A stretch of DNA of 64,000 nucleotides from contig OZ249436.1 of assembly GCA_965235115.1 (NCBI GenBank), positions 52,454,001 to 52,518,000 of the forward strand. The letters are read 5' to 3'. The number at the start of each line of letters is the position of its first letter. The first letter of the stretch is position 1. Under the pieces are notes generated by a model. That model ran no database searches, was not told where the DNA came from, and saw only the letters and a program-made list of their open reading frames with translations. Both the position numbers and the translations under genes were made by a program. This DNA is from Laetmonice hystrix. Lineage: Eukaryota. Shown piece after piece: positions 61,201-64,000 of this stretch.

Positions 61201-64000
61201 TCAAGAATTTCAAATATTAATTAGCCAGAACAACTGCAGAAAATTGAAAGTGTGATCAGATTTTCTAGTAAATGGACAGGTATGCAAGTATACACCAAAG
61301 AAACACCACCATGGTTTCGGAGTCAATATTTTTACCCCATCTGACTGTTCTGTTGTTTACACGTCATGTTGATTTCTTCAAGACTACAACATTGGCTATA
61401 GCATTGGTGTAGGAGTTGAGTGTTGAAACCTTTCTGTGAAGTTTCCATAATTCTCATGGATCCTTACCCTGACTGTGGCACTGTTTACCGACAATGAGGG
61501 ACTTCACACTTGTTGAGACGCATGTGCAACGGCGCATTTTAGGTCATATCCGCGTGGCGGCAGCACTGTCGCCCGGTCCTCTTGGCTACACATTAGTATG
61601 ACGTTAGATAGGACGATGAAATGCTAATCTGTGGTAGGATGTGTTTAGACTATTTGTTATGAAAAATAATAACTTGATAGGCTTCACCATGTTGTAGAAC
61701 TCCTACACGTACCATAATATTTCACAGCAAATAGCTCTACGGCACCCAGCGATAGATTAGCATTTCGTCGACCTATCTAACGTCATAATAATGTGGGCCA
61801 AGGGGACCGGGTTGATAGTGCTGCCGCCACGCGGAAAAGACGGTAACAAAGTCCCTCATTACTACAATGCACCGTGTACACCAGAGCTCACGTTGGCGTC
61901 CGGCATCATCAGTGATCACTTCTGATGAGAGCAACCAAAGTAAACCAGTGCCTACTCCCTCAGTGGACTATTGCCCGGGTTGCAATCAGGATGCAATGAA
62001 TGCAACCAGAAAATGATGAGCGCTTGCAAGAGCATGGCAGGACACACAGAATCCATTCAATGTCAAACAAAAGTGCAGCACACATGTGGGCAAATGCTGA
62101 ACTCTGCTAATCCAGGCAGACATAGTCTGTGTTAGATTTAAGATATAAGGAGGATATCAGTAAATATCCACCCCAACTACTGGGCCATAATATATACCGG
62201 TATATTTTCTTCAGGTGAAAAGTTTGGACAGCAGACTCTTAAACCAAAATTCAAAACTGAATTCATTGATGGCCACTTGTCGAATTATTGAAAATGTTCC
62301 TAAAACGACTATTGACAAAATGTTGTTCTTTGGAATCAACCCAATCTACTGTAGCTCTTAAGGACATAGACAAATATTCATAATGAATTACCTGGTATCT
62401 CATTCTGACATATAATATTATGGTATATATGTCAGAATGAGATAATACAATATCAGTATAATACAACATTATTATTTAGTTGGGAACCTCAGAATTACTG
62501 GGAGCAGTTCTTAAGTCATTCCCCTCACTGGCCTCAGACTTACTTTGTGTGTCAGATTCAAAATAATTTGTCCTTAAAATTGCTCAAATCATCGGAAGCT
62601 TCCTTGTCAGTCGATTTTTGCACCCATCTTGTATGACTGTTCCTTGCTTTTGTCAAGTTTGCACTGTGATCATGTTCAGTCTAGTGCTGTGTCTGCTCAG
62701 TGGCTGTGTGGGTCCACAGGATTTTTAGTTTTTCCTTCTTCAAATGGCTCCTTTTGTGACTCTTTTTTCGTGTATGGTTTTATAATTATTTTTGCAATAC
62801 CGTTGATGAGCAGTATCTCATAACAGTATGCCATTCTTTGTGTGAGTAGCATATACCCAGATTTGTCTTCTAAAGAGTGAGCTTATAACTTGTAAGCATA
62901 TATTTTGTTTGACAGTTGTACACGATAATATAACCAATTTGTCTATGTCCTTAATGTTAGCATGGCTGTCTGCGTCCTTAATACCAAACTCTTTACTTTA
63001 TTTAGATGGTGCAATTATCAGTGGACCAGGCTCAGAGTGTAAGCTGGATTTATCATATTTGGACTGTTATGGGGAATATTTCCGCATGGAAACGACGCAA
63101 GATGATTGTGAAGAGGTTGTGTTGAAAAGAAAATTTAAAAAAAAGGATTTAAAAAAAAGAAGATAATACCAGAAGTGATAAATTTAAATACACATGTACC
63201 GGTAATCATTCAAGTTATGTCATCATTGTACTGCCTTTATGACATCCCTGTTGACGAAGGGAAACCTTTGCAGGACATTTCCGCGGTAATACATTGACAA
63301 CAGTACAGTTTGTTAAAAGACTGAAAATATGAAAACAATGCGCCACTTTACCTCGATGTCAAAAGGTCTGGTCGTGTAAGGCCTATAATGGGTATGCGCT
63401 GGCATTTCTAACTTCCGTGAAGGTGCCTTAAAAGTAATAAAACACTTGTCAAGTTGTGTCTAACTAACAGACCAACAGGAGAGCCCACATAGTATTACTT
63501 AGGCAAGCTTTTACTCAGTCCCATGATCTTTAAAAAGACAAAGCTTGTACAAATTGAACTTGTGACAACTTTTAGTTTTAAAGTTTGATAGTTATTATTT
63601 TTCTTTCTTTCTTCTTTCTTCAGAAGAGTTCTTTGAATAGACATACCTAGCCTTAATTAATACATAGGCTGACACACCATTTAACATACATACAAACACA
63701 TAACATCATGTTGTCATGTCAGAGATGCAGAACAGGTTTACTAGTAATATGAATAATGGGGCCTACAGGCAGAAATCAGGAAACCTCATCAAAAGAAGCG
63801 ATTCCTTTCCAGCCTCAAAGAGTCGCCTACAGAACAGGCTCCTGTTTCATCTGTCGCACAAGTTTGGTGATGAGAAGAGATTAATGTCCTACCACCAGAG
63901 TCTTCAAGATATCATAGAAGATCAGCTCTCCCTGGCTAGTATACACTACCTGCGTTCACACTACCAGGAGGCTATCGACATCTATAAGAGAATTCTCCTT
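58213..64000 (+). CDS. IFT56: Intraflagellar transport protein 56 (TTC26/DYF-13), N-terminal part; continues beyond the window
   Basis: Exons 58213-58215 (ATG|gtaag), 59507-59644 ([12 protein letters not shown]...[26 protein letters not shown]), 59801-59893 ([31 protein letters not shown]), 60257-60371 ([38 protein letters not shown]), 63813-64000 ([63 protein letters not shown]). Closely matches the vertebrate TTC26 N-terminus as I recall it. Confidence 0.96.
58321..58374 (+). mobile_element. 5'-truncated SINE/LINE 3' end (54 bp) with 13-bp TSD, in IFT56 intron 1
   Basis: GCCACTGCCGCAC at 58308-58320 and 58375-58387; same family as 41041-41080. Confidence 0.7.
59998..60172. mobile_element. 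hAT-like MITE in IFT56 intron 3
   Basis: TIR CAGGCCCGTAGC / GCTACGGGCCTG; no clear TSD. Confidence 0.65.
61493..61860. mobile_element. MITE with long imperfect TIRs in IFT56 intron 4
   Basis: Termini AATGAGGGACTT / AAGTCCCTCATT; inner arms TCCGCGTGGCGGCAGCACT...TATGACGTTAGATAGG...GAAATGCTAATCT are mirrored on the right. Confidence 0.75.

Noticed and set aside
60554..61220. 169-aa and neighbouring ORFs in IFT56 intron 4
   Set aside because: No recognisable domain; possibly decayed transposon sequence but not assignable by eye.

Overview
Eukaryotic (metazoan, most likely invertebrate) genomic DNA with spliced genes and many repeats; it is not prokaryotic, so most short six-frame ORFs are spurious. 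Supported genes: (1) the 5' part of a 4-coumarate-CoA ligase/luciferase-like AMP-binding enzyme (minus, runs off the left edge); (2,3) two tandem four-exon claudin/PMP22-superfamily (TMEM178/TMEM114-like) tetraspan paralogs (minus) with identical intron phases; (4) a CARD + death-domain adaptor resembling RAIDD/CRADD (minus), head-to-head with (5) IFT56/TTC26 (plus, runs off the right edge). An intact Ty1/copia retrotransposon (4409 bp, two 220-bp LTRs with no difference seen, GCCTT TSD, internal tRNAiMet-type PBS) is nested in a TTAA-flanked Kolobok-like element that also holds a 40-bp retroposed insert. There are many MITEs and minisatellites. The most unusual points are minisatellites carrying repeated CAG|GTRAG splice motifs in intron 1 of both tetraspan paralogs, the lack of an in-frame AUG for the second paralog, a candidate 21-nt micro-exon in the death domain, and TA-(3-4 nt)-TA insertions that look like transposon excision footprints. 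Exon models were assembled by eye and no database search was run.
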